Assembly: GCA_050248615.1 (NCBI GenBank)
Contig: JBFWSA010000016.1
Coordinates: 1 to 46,762, forward strand
Direction: 5' to 3'
Source: Simkaniaceae bacterium
GTDB taxonomy: Bacteria; Chlamydiota; Chlamydiia; Chlamydiales; Simkaniaceae
Length of the DNA: 46,762 bases
In this document: positions 18,612-28,826 of the stretch, piece after piece
How positions within the stretch are numbered: the stretch's first letter is position 1
How the letters are laid out: each line of letters begins with the position of its first letter
The notes under the pieces: generated by a model
The model's database searches: none
Seen by the model: only the letters and a program-made list of their open reading frames with translations
Told to the model about the DNA's origin: nothing
Position numbers and translations under genes: made by a program

Positions 18612-20729
18612 TTATTTTTTTAATGTTAATGAGTTTAAAACAACTGAAATAGAACTAAGCGCCATGGCAGCTCCCGCAATCATCGGGTTTAAAAGCCCGA
18701 ATGCCGCCAGGGGAATCCCTAAGCAATTATAGAAGAAAGCAAAGAAAATATTTTGACGCATCTTAGTAAAAGTTTTCTTTGATAAACGGAGAGCCTCCAC
18801 TAAATTGGAGAGATTGCTGCGCATCAGTCCAACGGTTGCACTCTCCATCGCAACATCGGTCCCAGAAGCTACCGCAAATCCTACATCTGCTGTCGCTAAG
18901 GCTGGAGCATCATTGATTCCATCCCCCACCATCCCTGTCACATAATTCTCCTTCTGAAGTTTCTTCACAAAACCTGCTTTTTCTTCAGGTAGAACCTCTG
19001 CGAAATAGCCATCCACACCCAGTATATTAGCTACCTCTTCGACAACAGAGGTGCGATCCCCGCTTAATAGGTAGATCTTTTTACCCATTTTATGCAGGGC
19101 TTCTACAGCTTGAGGGGTATCTTTTTTAATTTGGTCTGATAAAACGACATAACCTAAAAAGCGTTTTTCCTCTCCAAGAGCAACCACAATCCCCTTCTCT
19201 TTTTGAAAGGGCCCTTCATCAATAGGAATCCCCATCCCCGCTAAAAATTTCACCGAACCCATCACATAGGATTTCCCTTGATAAACTCCCGAAAGCCCTT
19301 TTCCACTATGGGCTTCAAAGTTTTCTACGTTAGCAATCGAGATCTTTTTCTCTTGAGCAAAGTTTGTAATGGCTTGAGAAGCGGGATGATCAGAGTGGTG
19401 GGAAAGTAACACTGCTTTTTTTAAAAACTCATTTTCAGAAAGATCGCTATGAATAGCGCTTACACTTAATCTTCCTTCCGTTACCGTTCCTGTTTTATCA
19501 ACAATAATCGCATCTACTTGCCGGGCCCTCTCTAATCCTTCCGCATTCTTCACTAAAATTCCCTCTTTCGCTCCTCTTGCGCAAGCCACCATAATCACGG
19601 TGGGAACAGCGAGTCCCAAAGCACAGGGACAGGCAATGACTAAAACAGCAATTCCACTTAAAAGCCCCTCTTTCCAATCTCCGTTTAAACCCCATAGCAA
19701 AAAAGTCACGAGAGCAATGCCTAAAACAACCGGAACAAAAACACCTGAAATTTTATCGGCTAATTTTTGAATGGGAGCTTTCGACCGCTGCGCCTCTTCT
19801 ACCAATCGAATGATGGTTCCTAGACTTGTCTCTTTTCCGAGTTTCGATGCTTTGATTTCTAAAATCCCTTCCCCATTAACTGTCCCAGCAAAAGCTTTTC
19901 CCCCTTTTTCCTTACGGATAGGAAGGCTTTCACCGGTAAGCATCGATTCATCGACATGTGACATTCCTTCCATCACCTCTCCATCTACAGGAATCCGTTC
20001 CCCGGGGCGTATGACAACAATGTCTTCCCGCTTTACATTTTCGATGAGAATGCTTTGGAGTTGATCTCCCCTTTTTATACATGCTGTCTTAGCTTGCATT
20101 TGAAGCAGGGCTTTCATCCCTCCTTGAGCACTTTTCTTAGAATAATTTTCAATCAAACGTCCCAATAAAATAAGGGCAATCAAGACAGCGCTTGTTTCGA
20201 AATAGAAATAGTTGGAAAACTGAAAAATAAGGGCAAACAAACTATAAAAATAGGCGGCGCTCGTTCCCAGCGCAACCAAGACATCCATATTCGCTGTCCC
20301 CGATCTGAGAGACTTATAAGATCCACTATAAAAAGAGTACCCAGCACCAAATTGGACAAGGGTTGCCAAAAGGAGTTGAAGAGAGGGGGTTATGGGGACA
20401 GTCCTCCCAAACAAATCTGCAAACATGGGGATTGTTAAAGGAAAAGCTAAAATAAGGGCCAGGATCGTGCGCACTTTTAGCCATAAATAGCCCCAATCCC
20501 GTTTTCCTTCTTGCGCAGTTCCTGTCTGAATCGGAGTCGAAGGATATCCCATCTCCGTGATGATTTGTGCAGCTCTTTCGGGAGAGATTTCACCCTTTAC
20601 ATGCCCCTTTCCTGAAGCAAAGTTAACAGCACAGTCCTCAACCCCCTCTTCTTTCTTGAGGCGCTTTTCTATCTTTGCCACACAAGAAGAGCAGTTCATC
20701 CCCTCTATCTGTAAATCGAACGCATTCAT
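18612..20729 (-). CDS. copA: Copper-translocating P1B-type ATPase
   Basis: HMA motif [31 protein letters not shown] and MALSS Cu(I) motifs. Start taken at MNAFD. Confidence 0.93.
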   Translation of the reverse strand: MNAFDLQIEGMNCSSCVAKIEKRLKKEEGVEDCAVNFASGKGHVKGEISPERAAQIITEMGYPSTPIQTGTAQEGKRDWGYLWLKVRTILALILAFPLTIPMFADLFGRTVPITPSLQLLLATLVQFGAGYSFYSGSYKSLRSGTANMDVLVALGTSAAYFYSLFALIFQFSNYFYFETSAVLIALILLGRLIENYSKKSAQGGMKALLQMQAKTACIKRGDQLQSILIENVKREDIVVIRPGERIPVDGEVMEGMSHVDESMLTGESLPIRKEKGGKAFAGTVNGEGILEIKASKLGKETSLGTIIRLVEEAQRSKAPIQKLADKISGVFVPVVLGIALVTFLLWGLNGDWKEGLLSGIAVLVIACPCALGLAVPTVIMVACARGAKEGILVKNAEGLERARQVDAIIVDKTGTVTEGRLSVSAIHSDLSENEFLKKAVLLSHHSDHPASQAITNFAQEKKISIANVENFEAHSGKGLSGVYQGKSYVMGSVKFLAGMGIPIDEGPFQKEKGIVVALGEEKRFLGYVVLSDQIKKDTPQAVEALHKMGKKIYLLSGDRTSVVEEVANILGVDGYFAEVLPEEKAGFVKKLQKENYVTGMVGDGINDAPALATADVGFAVASGTDVAMESATVGLMRSNLSNLVEALRLSKKTFTKMRQNIFFAFFYNCLGIPLAAFGLLNPMIAGAAMALSSISVVLNSLTLKK

Positions 20730-20883
20730 ATTTCTTATTGATAGCCCACCTCCCACAAAAAATTCAAAAATTTCCTAAACAAACCCATAACTCATTAATT
20801 ATTAAATTATTGAGAGTTTTGTTTTTTCTGTCTTTTTTCTAAGAATTTCTCTATAATTTTTGCTAAAAACCTTAGAGCTTCCT

Positions 20884-22569
20884 ATGGATCAACAACACCT
20901 GATTACAGATTTTTCAACGCGCACCCTTTGCTATGGAGTCTTATCGCTCCTAGCAGCAAAAATTACCCCTTCCATCTCAGCGAAAGAGGCCTTTGTCGTT
21001 TCAGTGCTCAATAGTACTTTAGTCACAGCAACGGACTATTTCTTCAAAAAGGAAGAAAACCTCTATTTAAATATTATGGCCCGCACGGTCACACTCGCTC
21101 TATCGACATTTGCCATTGCCTCAGCGGACATTCACCTCAAAGATTACCACTTTCAAATCGGGAAAAATACAGCCTTACAACTCGGATTCTATAGCGCGCT
21201 TGGAGAGGTGATCCGAATCAGTATTGGCCAATTCCATAAGGAACCTCTTCCCCCGATCATGGGATGCTCCGATGAAGTACGAAAAGTGATTGAAAACACC
21301 CCCCAATTTACAGGCTATCGTTTGAAAGGACAAAAAACGTGCTCTGTGATGGAGCCCACCATCCGTCCTGCTAATCTCTTTTTTGAGGCTTTAGGACTCA
21401 AGACGATCATGCCAGGAAAAGGATTATTTGCTTTTCTTGATTCTCCTGAAGCCATCAGAAAAGGTGTTTACTCTCACTCTAAAGAAGAGGTGATTCACAT
21501 CACAGCAATGGGGAAAGAGTGCCAGTTGAGAGGGCAAACCGTTGCTATGGATGCTTGCTATGGAACGGGTGTATATGCCCTCTCTTATGAAGAAATTCAG
21601 CAGATGTTAGAAAGCCAAAAAATCTACCTTTCTCCCCTTATCCCCAAAGCTTTTTATGTGGGGCTCAAAGAGGCAATGGGACAAGACGCCCTTGTCGAAA
21701 TCCCTAGCAAAACGTTAAAAAAGCTTTCTGCACATGCCTCCCCCAATCTAATGAGATTCCTAAATGCCGTTTCAGCAGATCCCTTATCTTTTGGATTTAC
21801 AAGCTCTTCTCAGTACGAACAATTCTCCTCACTGACCCTCTATCAATTAGGAGCTATGGTCGTAAAAACGGAAGACTACTACTGCTTCACAGGGGATGGG
21901 TATCAGATTGCAGATAGAAATGTAGGCGAGAAAGACCAACTTCTTCTCATTAACGCCTGTGGAATCCGCGGATTTCACACAACACACCACATTGCCGGAA
22001 ATGAAAACCATGAAATCGATCGCACTATCATGAAAGAGACCTTTAAGATCGCCATGGAATCTATCGGAGATGGGGGATTTTACACACTTCCTGCATTAGG
22101 GATGGGTGTTTGGGGGGGAACGCCTGATGTCTATTGGGGAGCTTTTTTTGATGCGGTTTTAGAAACAAAAGTAAATCTAGAAAACATCATTGTGTGCCCT
22201 GGGCATCAAAAAACCCCAGGAACAAATTTTATTGGACAAGAGTTCGGAGAGATGCTTGCTCAATACAAAAAAGCCCATCCCAATCATCCCAAACTCGAAA
22301 GAATTGTCAACCTCTTCCACTATAAAACCGATGTCGTCCTCGTCGCCAAACACCTCAAAGCCCAGTTTCCCGATCGCGTTGTTGCCCTCCAAAATGCTTC
22401 AGATCCCGATGTGACACTTGGGTACCACGTGGGAGAATATGTGAATAATCTTTCGCACCCCTCGACAACAGAGGAAAACTACTCGGCCATCGGGAGTAAC
22501 TGCTTAAACTTTGAGCGTCATACAGGAGTGCTTAACAACTCTCTTAGAATTATTCAGCATGACGCATAA
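20884..22569 (+). CDS. Putative effector: N-terminal hydrophobic domain plus C-terminal possible macrodomain/MavL-like domain
   Basis: 561-aa ORF from ATG 20884 with motifs LPALGMGVWGG, NASDPDV..G, TTEEN. The family call is inference. Confidence 0.5.
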   Translation: MDQQHLITDFSTRTLCYGVLSLLAAKITPSISAKEAFVVSVLNSTLVTATDYFFKKEENLYLNIMARTVTLALSTFAIASADIHLKDYHFQIGKNTALQLGFYSALGEVIRISIGQFHKEPLPPIMGCSDEVRKVIENTPQFTGYRLKGQKTCSVMEPTIRPANLFFEALGLKTIMPGKGLFAFLDSPEAIRKGVYSHSKEEVIHITAMGKECQLRGQTVAMDACYGTGVYALSYEEIQQMLESQKIYLSPLIPKAFYVGLKEAMGQDALVEIPSKTLKKLSAHASPNLMRFLNAVSADPLSFGFTSSSQYEQFSSLTLYQLGAMVVKTEDYYCFTGDGYQIADRNVGEKDQLLLINACGIRGFHTTHHIAGNENHEIDRTIMKETFKIAMESIGDGGFYTLPALGMGVWGGTPDVYWGAFFDAVLETKVNLENIIVCPGHQKTPGTNFIGQEFGEMLAQYKKAHPNHPKLERIVNLFHYKTDVVLVAKHLKAQFPDRVVALQNASDPDVTLGYHVGEYVNNLSHPSTTEENYSAIGSNCLNFERHTGVLNNSLRIIQHDA

Positions 22570-23818
22570 CGAAAAATTCTTTCCAATTGTCGACACTCCC
22601 TTTCCACGTTGGAATAGCAGCCTCTCTCATCGCGTTTAGAACAGCAGCTGTTAGTGCTTTATCATCGTTAAATAGCTGTGCTAACCCTTCAGGTGTAATC
22701 TTCGCTCCCTTATACGCTCCAATAAGGATCATGTGCTGCTGGGAATTACATAAATAGGCACCAATATCCTTCTCTGCTAGCTTGTCTAAAAGTCCTTGGA
22801 CTCTATCCCATTCCTGTAGTTGTGGAGCATTAAAATTTTGAAAGAAAAAACAGGTGGATATCCCAGGTACATCCACATTAGACCTGATATAATGGGTCGA
22901 AGAAAGGGGAGGTCTGGTCTCTGAAAAATCTGAACGGATCTTTGTTCCCGACTGGGTCTGAAGTTCCTTTAAAATATCCAGGTTTTGTGGTGATATTTTA
23001 CCCGCACTGGGTTCCGTATCAGCAAGGAGTCGATAGGTTCCAACAGCGGCGGTTGTATACTCCTTGCTCCTATCTACGACATAGCTATCTATCCCTTTTA
23101 AATCGGCAGGAATCTTCCAAAGGAGGCTATAGCTTTTTCCTTCAATTCCTTTGAATCCATACTGAGTTAACTCACTCGCTTTTAATGAGCAATAATCACT
23201 TCCAAAAGCACCTCCATGACAGATCCTATGAAGGGTATTGAAGTCTTCCTGTGTCATTAATAAAGCAGGACTACCGTTTCTATGAGTCACCTCATACACA
23301 TGATCCTCAAGGGTTATTGTATCTGGGATTCCTCGAGTGTCAGTCCTATAGTTTTTGCAGTTGGTTTTACCTTCCTTTATCCTGATGATGGGAGCCCTTC
23401 CCCCGATTGCTTCCATCTTTTTATCACCTGGAGGAGGAGGTAAGGGGTTTTCTAGCACAGAATACTCTTTCACATTTTTTATCAAACAGATCGCAGCTCC
23501 GCTGGCAAGGATTTTTAAATTATCGATTAAAGAGAGGGCTACTATTCCCTTCAACGTATCTGTCACAATGTAGGAAATCATAGAGGCAATACCGATCGCT
23601 GAGAGTTTTTTTACAAAGGAAAAATTTTCACCTTCAAACTTATAATCGTGTAGGGAGCAAGCTAAACCCGCAGCGGCACCGGTGAGTAATAACCCCTCTT
23701 TAGTCGCTTCAGGGAAATAGTGGATAAGTCGTGTGTGCCCTGCAAAAAAGGCGATAGCTAAGAATACCGCCGGTTCGATCAAAGTCGAACGATTAAAAGA
23801 AATTTTAGATGTTTCCAT
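22550..23818 (-). CDS. Putative effector: N-terminal multi-TM domain, Pro-rich linker, unknown C-terminal domain
   Basis: 422 aa, AAGGA RBS, four hydrophobic helices followed by NPLPPPPG. Confidence 0.6.
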   Translation of the reverse strand: METSKISFNRSTLIEPAVFLAIAFFAGHTRLIHYFPEATKEGLLLTGAAAGLACSLHDYKFEGENFSFVKKLSAIGIASMISYIVTDTLKGIVALSLIDNLKILASGAAICLIKNVKEYSVLENPLPPPPGDKKMEAIGGRAPIIRIKEGKTNCKNYRTDTRGIPDTITLEDHVYEVTHRNGSPALLMTQEDFNTLHRICHGGAFGSDYCSLKASELTQYGFKGIEGKSYSLLWKIPADLKGIDSYVVDRSKEYTTAAVGTYRLLADTEPSAGKISPQNLDILKELQTQSGTKIRSDFSETRPPLSSTHYIRSNVDVPGISTCFFFQNFNAPQLQEWDRVQGLLDKLAEKDIGAYLCNSQQHMILIGAYKGAKITPEGLAQLFNDDKALTAAVLNAMREAAIPTWKGSVDNWKEFFVMRHAE

Positions 23819-23839
23819 GATCCTTTTTTCCTCCAGAAA

Positions 23840-24901
23840 TTAATTAAGGAGGATTTTACCATGGCTGCTCGAAAAACTACAACGCCGAAGCGCCTTGAAA
23901 TGGTGGAGGATTTTCCGATGCCCTGCTGAAAAGGGTCTGAGGCTTAACTCTTTATAGGAAACCCACTCATAGGAGGGGAGCTCCTCCTTTTTCGCCTTAT
24001 AAAGATGGGGGTATAGATAGGCCTTATAACGAGTAAAACCGTGTGTTACTTCGGGGAACTTCTCGATAGGCTCAAGGGGGATCCCTAAGGCTTCCTCCAC
24101 ATTGACTCCTCGCTCAAAATAGGGAAACTCCCAAAGATCTGCCATGACCTTCCCTGCGGCCCCTTTTCTCACCAAAACCTCGCCCCCCGTATCGATGACT
24201 GCAACCAATCGATGAAGATGGAGAGTTTTAGGACCTTTACTTTTGTAAGGAAGTAATTCGGCTTTACATCTCTGAAACGCAAGGCAAGATGCTTTGAGAG
24301 GACACACTGTGCATTGGGGGATTTTTTTGCAGACCAAAGCCCCTAACTCGATAAGAGCTTCCATGACAATCCAAGGCTCATCCTCTGGGAGGATCTCTTG
24401 GGTAAGGCTTTCGATCTTCCTCTTTGTGGGACCCTTATCTATCTCTTCTTCAATGCAATAATAACGGGCTAAAACTCTCAGAACATTCCCATCGACTGCC
24501 GGGACTTTTTGTTTAAAGGCAAAACTAAGAATAGCCCCAATCGTATAGGGACCTAAACCCTTCACTTTTTGAAGCTCATCATAGGATGCAGGAAGCTCTC
24601 CTCCCTGATGCTCCATAAGATAGCGTGCCCCTTGGTGGAGGTTACGAGCCCGAGAATAATATCCCAAACCCTCCCAGACTTTAATCACTTTCTCTAGAGG
24701 AGCCTCAGACAATGCCTTAATTGTAGGAAAAGCGTTCATCCACCTCTTAAAATAGGCGATAACCACACTTACCTGAGTCTGTTGAAGCATCACTTCTGAA
24801 ACCCAGACCTCATAGGGGGAAGGATTTTCCCTCCAGGGAAGAAGACGTCTGTTTAAAAAGAACCACTTCTTAAGTTCCTGGGAAATTTTTGCCGAGTCCA
24901 T
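23840..24901 (-). CDS. mutY: A/G-specific adenine glycosylase
   Basis: LPWR, VWVSEVMLQQT, WEGLGYYSRARNL, GLGPYT, VDGNVLRV, Fe-S motif C-x6-C-x2-C-x5-C, LWEFP. Confidence 0.97.
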   Translation of the reverse strand: MDSAKISQELKKWFFLNRRLLPWRENPSPYEVWVSEVMLQQTQVSVVIAYFKRWMNAFPTIKALSEAPLEKVIKVWEGLGYYSRARNLHQGARYLMEHQGGELPASYDELQKVKGLGPYTIGAILSFAFKQKVPAVDGNVLRVLARYYCIEEEIDKGPTKRKIESLTQEILPEDEPWIVMEALIELGALVCKKIPQCTVCPLKASCLAFQRCKAELLPYKSKGPKTLHLHRLVAVIDTGGEVLVRKGAAGKVMADLWEFPYFERGVNVEEALGIPLEPIEKFPEVTHGFTRYKAYLYPHLYKAKKEELPSYEWVSYKELSLRPFSAGHRKILHHFKALRRCSFSSSHGKILLN

Positions 24902-24972
24902 CTTTCCTAATAACCTGAATCCTGAAGAGATTATACTCAAACAGCTTTTGAAGCTGTTTGAGTATAATCTCT

Positions 24973-24988
24973 TGGCACAGATCTTGCA
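24973..24988 (+). promoter_or_regulatory. sigma54 (-24/-12) promoter
   Basis: TGGCAC-AGATC-TTGCA, exact consensus spacing, 26 nt before ATG 25015 with a GAGGTG RBS. Confidence 0.8.
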
Positions 24989-25014
24989 ACATAAGATTAC
25001 GTGAGGTGAAAACG

Positions 25015-25530
25015 ATGTCGGATTGGGAAGAAGTGCATAAGCAACTGCAAGTTGCTCTTAGAGGTGAGATTGTCCTCAGGCAAGAGATCTTGGGCAATTT
25101 AAATCAGCAGGAATATGTCTTGCTGATTGGCGATGTGGAACTTAAGGAAGAGCTCAATACTCAAAACAATAAGCTCGTCCATAGCTTAAAAAAGCTTATT
25201 CAAGACCGCGGCTATCTAACCCGCCGCCTTTTCGACATCCTTCCCTCTAATACTGTGGGAAATACTTTGGATCAGATTCTAGATCCGATGCAGGAGATTG
25301 AAGCAGAAACCCTTCTTCTCTATCAGAAAGTGCGTGCCCTAGTAGAAAAAATCCATCAGGAACACTTACGAATCAAAACCCTCTTTGAAATGATTCAAAA
25401 AGAAGGAGCTCTGGATATTCACAATCCTGCGCTCCATGCAGAGCCCCTTTATGGAAAGGGAGGCAAAAAACTCAACCTGATTACCATCGACTATCCCGAA
25501 GGAAATGAACCGATCCGCAAAGCAGAGTAA
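25015..25530 (+). CDS. Helical coiled-coil protein, FlgN-like export chaperone pattern
   Basis: L...L..EI.L...IL..L.QQE..L..GD....EEL..Q...L...L..L...R heptad pattern. RBS GAGGTG. Confidence 0.55.
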   Translation: MSDWEEVHKQLQVALRGEIVLRQEILGNLNQQEYVLLIGDVELKEELNTQNNKLVHSLKKLIQDRGYLTRRLFDILPSNTVGNTLDQILDPMQEIEAETLLLYQKVRALVEKIHQEHLRIKTLFEMIQKEGALDIHNPALHAEPLYGKGGKKLNLITIDYPEGNEPIRKAE

Positions 25531-25565
25531 GGTTTCTTTTTGCGGAAATAATCTTCTGATAAGCT

Positions 25566-26642
25566 ATGATCGGGCTCATGAATGCCTCTCCTATGAAAGC
25601 TGCTGGACTTATTTACGGCCCTCAAAAACACCATTTGGACCACATTGCTCCCCTGGCAATACTCCTGGGGATTCCCCTCATTGTGACAGAGCCTGAAATT
25701 GAACAACTCTCCGCGAAATACTACCCTCACCTCGTCACTTTGTGCTTCGATTACCCTGAAGTCGGGGACAAAATCGTTCAAGAGTGTGATGTCATTTTCT
25801 CCTCTTTGCCCCGAGATCTCTTTGACCCCATCGTGTTTATCGCAGAAAACCTCAGGCAAACACGGGTGTTAAACATCTGGTGCCCTCATGGCAACTCAGA
25901 TAAAGGGCACCACTCCTACTTTATGGAGGGCCTTTCTAAAGAAGAGATCGCCTTGATTTATGGAGAAAAGATGCGGGCTTTTTTAATGGAGAAGGGTGCT
26001 TATTCACAACTCCATGCAGCCATTACCATTGGCAATTATCGGTACCAGTATTATCAATCCCACGCCCCCTTCTACGATCAGCTCGTTCAAAAAGAAATTG
26101 CTGTAAAACTCAAAAAGGGAAACCCTACAGTTCTTTATGCACCTACGTGGGAAGATGCAGAAAAGTCCTCATCTTTTGAAGAGAGTATTAAGCACCTCCT
26201 CGCCCAAGTTCCAAGCCATTGGAATCTGATTGTAAAGCCTCACCCCAACACCTTATTAAAGATGCAAAATCCCGACCGCTATGAAGATAGAGAAAATGTC
26301 TTGATCCTTAAAGAATTTCCCCCGATTTACCCCCTTCTTAATTTTGTAGACGTGTATTTAGGAGATCTCTCTTCTATCGGCTATGATTTCCTCACGTTCC
26401 AAAAACCCCTATTTTTCTTGAATGCTAAAAGACGGGATCCTAAAAAAGATAAAGGGCTTTTTCTCTACCGGTGTGGAACGGTTATAGAACCCGATCATTT
26501 TGGGGAGATCTTTTCTATTATAGAAAAGAGTGATCCCACTCCCTATAAAAAAATCCAAAAAGATGTATATGCTCATACCTTTGGGAAAAGTGATAACATA
26601 AAGGAAAAAATCCAAGAAGCCTATGAATGCTACCTCTCATAA
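25566..26642 (+). CDS. CDP-glycerol glycerophosphotransferase (TagF/TagB-like) family protein
   Basis: CPHGNSDK, VLYAPTW, VKPHP, YLGDLSSIGYDF. Confidence 0.85.
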   Translation: MIGLMNASPMKAAGLIYGPQKHHLDHIAPLAILLGIPLIVTEPEIEQLSAKYYPHLVTLCFDYPEVGDKIVQECDVIFSSLPRDLFDPIVFIAENLRQTRVLNIWCPHGNSDKGHHSYFMEGLSKEEIALIYGEKMRAFLMEKGAYSQLHAAITIGNYRYQYYQSHAPFYDQLVQKEIAVKLKKGNPTVLYAPTWEDAEKSSSFEESIKHLLAQVPSHWNLIVKPHPNTLLKMQNPDRYEDRENVLILKEFPPIYPLLNFVDVYLGDLSSIGYDFLTFQKPLFFLNAKRRDPKKDKGLFLYRCGTVIEPDHFGEIFSIIEKSDPTPYKKIQKDVYAHTFGKSDNIKEKIQEAYECYLS

Positions 26643-27726
26643 AGCCTGTGGAGTCTGTTTAGCTCCCGGAGATTCTGTGAACCACCTCGATCACCTCGCT
26701 GTTATCAGCTATATTCTCCAAGTGCCCATTGTTACGGATGAAGAGAGCGTTTATGAAACGCTTAAAAAGTATTACCCTCAAGTCAAGCCAATTTACATTC
26801 AGGAACATCAACGGATTTTAGAATACATCGCTACCCGCTATGATACCCTCTTTGTTTCTTCTGCAAACTATCGTAAAGACTTAAGCCCTCTGTTTGAAAT
26901 TATTTTTCGTAAGCCTATCAACTTCTGGTATTGCCCTCATGGGAATTCTGATAAGCCCATGTCACAGTTTAAAATGCAAAACTATACTTTGATTTACGGC
27001 GATCAAATGGAAGACCGCTTAAATGCTATGGGTGTTATTCCAACACTCGATGCTTATGTCCGAACCAGTAATTATCGTTTTCCTTTCTATTTTCAACATG
27101 AGGAATTTTACGATCACTTAGCCCAAGAAGAGGTCTTCTCCCAATTTGCTAAAAAACAACCCACCATCCTCTATGCTCCCACATGGCAAGATCTCGAGCT
27201 TTCGTCTTCTCTTTTTGATGTAGGAATTCCGATTATTGACCAACTTCCCGACCACTACAATCTCATTGTAAAACTCCACCCTTGGCTGCAACACCATCAA
27301 GCGGGCTTTGTCCACCTGATTCAGGAAAAGTATCAAACGCGTCCCAATGTTACGATTCTCTCTCTCTATCCTCTTGTCTTACCCCTACTTAAGCGTACAG
27401 ATATCTATCTGGGAGACTTTTCATCAATTGGTTATGATTTTCTGTATTACAACCGCCCCATGTTTTTCTTTGAAGCTAGCAAAAGAGAAAATAAACGGAC
27501 CGATTCTACCCATCTGCATACCTGTGGAACACTTATCCCCGAAAATGCTTATGGAGATATTTATGGATTTATCGAAAAAGAGCTCCCCCACCAAAAGCGC
27601 TTTCACGAAGCGCGGAAAAAACTTTATCAATACACTTTTGGAGAAGATCGCGATTTTGCTGAACTGCGCAAAGAAATTACTGAAAAGATGCTTCTCTCAG
27701 CACCCAGTAACGACCCCATTTCATAA
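26623..27726 (+). CDS. CDP-glycerol glycerophosphotransferase (TagF/TagB-like) family protein, tandem paralog
   Basis: CPHGNSDK, ILYAPTW, VKLHP, YLGDFSSIGYDF. Confidence 0.85.
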   Translation: MNATSHKACGVCLAPGDSVNHLDHLAVISYILQVPIVTDEESVYETLKKYYPQVKPIYIQEHQRILEYIATRYDTLFVSSANYRKDLSPLFEIIFRKPINFWYCPHGNSDKPMSQFKMQNYTLIYGDQMEDRLNAMGVIPTLDAYVRTSNYRFPFYFQHEEFYDHLAQEEVFSQFAKKQPTILYAPTWQDLELSSSLFDVGIPIIDQLPDHYNLIVKLHPWLQHHQAGFVHLIQEKYQTRPNVTILSLYPLVLPLLKRTDIYLGDFSSIGYDFLYYNRPMFFFEASKRENKRTDSTHLHTCGTLIPENAYGDIYGFIEKELPHQKRFHEARKKLYQYTFGEDRDFAELRKEITEKMLLSAPSNDPIS

Positions 27727-27731
27727 AAATC

Positions 27732-28826
27732 CTATTGCTGCTCCTCTTCTAAAATAGAAAGAGGAGGGAGGACAATGACATCTCTTAATTGATTTAAGTT
27801 CCCTGCACACAGCTTGGCTTCAATATCAAAAGCAACAGCTCCCTCTTTGAGAGGAGCGATAGAAGAAACAAGGGCTACAGGAATGTCGGCAGGAAATACC
27901 CCATCCATTCCTGTTGTCACCAGAAGATCACCAATTTTTATTAAAGGGAGGCTCTCTTTCTGACTCAAATCCTCAAGGGGTTTTCCACTTCTCAGTTCCA
28001 AAGCAGGACCCTCTTCATCGGAAAAGTCATAGTTAAACCCCACCCCTTTAAGAATAGAAGAACAGGCGCGCCAAATCGGGGAACTACTCCCAAATAGCTC
28101 TCCTTTCGCTAAATATCTTTCATCGGAGTTTTTCTCGAGACGTTCTTTTAATTTTGCCAAAGCAATCGCTGTTTCTCTTCCTTCATCACGCAGGGAAAGT
28201 TGTTGTTGCAGAAGGTGAATGAGATCGAGAAGTTCCCGATTTTCACTTCCTCCGCGTGCCACGCGCACTGAAGGAATTAGGGACGAATCTGTTAATAACC
28301 GCACACGACTTTTGGAAACTCCCACATGCTCGATAATACCTATTAAGTGGTGTCCTTTTAAGATCAGACTATTCACCCTAACAATCGCTTTCCCTAAAGC
28401 CTCGTTATCTTTTTCTCCCACATCGATCCAAAGGGTCGAGTTCCAAGTGCTTGGTGAACGATAGATGACCTGGGCATGGAGGGACAGGAGTTCTAAGTTG
28501 AGTAGGGTTTCCGCAGCATCGCGTCTCCTTTTATAAAAACCTTCTGTTCCTAAGGAGGTGATAGTTTGGAACTTTTTAAGTTGGAGTTCGATCCGTTCAT
28601 CAGAAAGGAGGCGCCGCCTCAAGTTCTCGTTTTGTTTCTTTAGAAGGAGATTTTCAAGAGCAATCTCTGATTCCACTGGAGAGCCCTCTCCCCCTCCCAT
28701 CCAAAAAGCAGAAGCTAAAGAGACCAGTGATGAGCGCAACCCCGATGTCCAAGCTTCTGGCACATGCAAAACAGCTAATAAGAAAAGCCCCAGGAAAAGA
28801 TAAGAGCGGTAGGGTTTTTTTCTCAT
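27732..28826 (-). CDS. mreC: Rod shape-determining protein MreC
   Basis: N-terminal TM and coiled coil (ENLLLKKQNENLR), VIYRSPSTW, SRVRLLTD, GDLLVTTGMDGVFP. Confidence 0.88.
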   Translation of the reverse strand: MRKKPYRSYLFLGLFLLAVLHVPEAWTSGLRSSLVSLASAFWMGGGEGSPVESEIALENLLLKKQNENLRRRLLSDERIELQLKKFQTITSLGTEGFYKRRRDAAETLLNLELLSLHAQVIYRSPSTWNSTLWIDVGEKDNEALGKAIVRVNSLILKGHHLIGIIEHVGVSKSRVRLLTDSSLIPSVRVARGGSENRELLDLIHLLQQQLSLRDEGRETAIALAKLKERLEKNSDERYLAKGELFGSSSPIWRACSSILKGVGFNYDFSDEEGPALELRSGKPLEDLSQKESLPLIKIGDLLVTTGMDGVFPADIPVALVSSIAPLKEGAVAFDIEAKLCAGNLNQLRDVIVLPPLSILEEEQQ

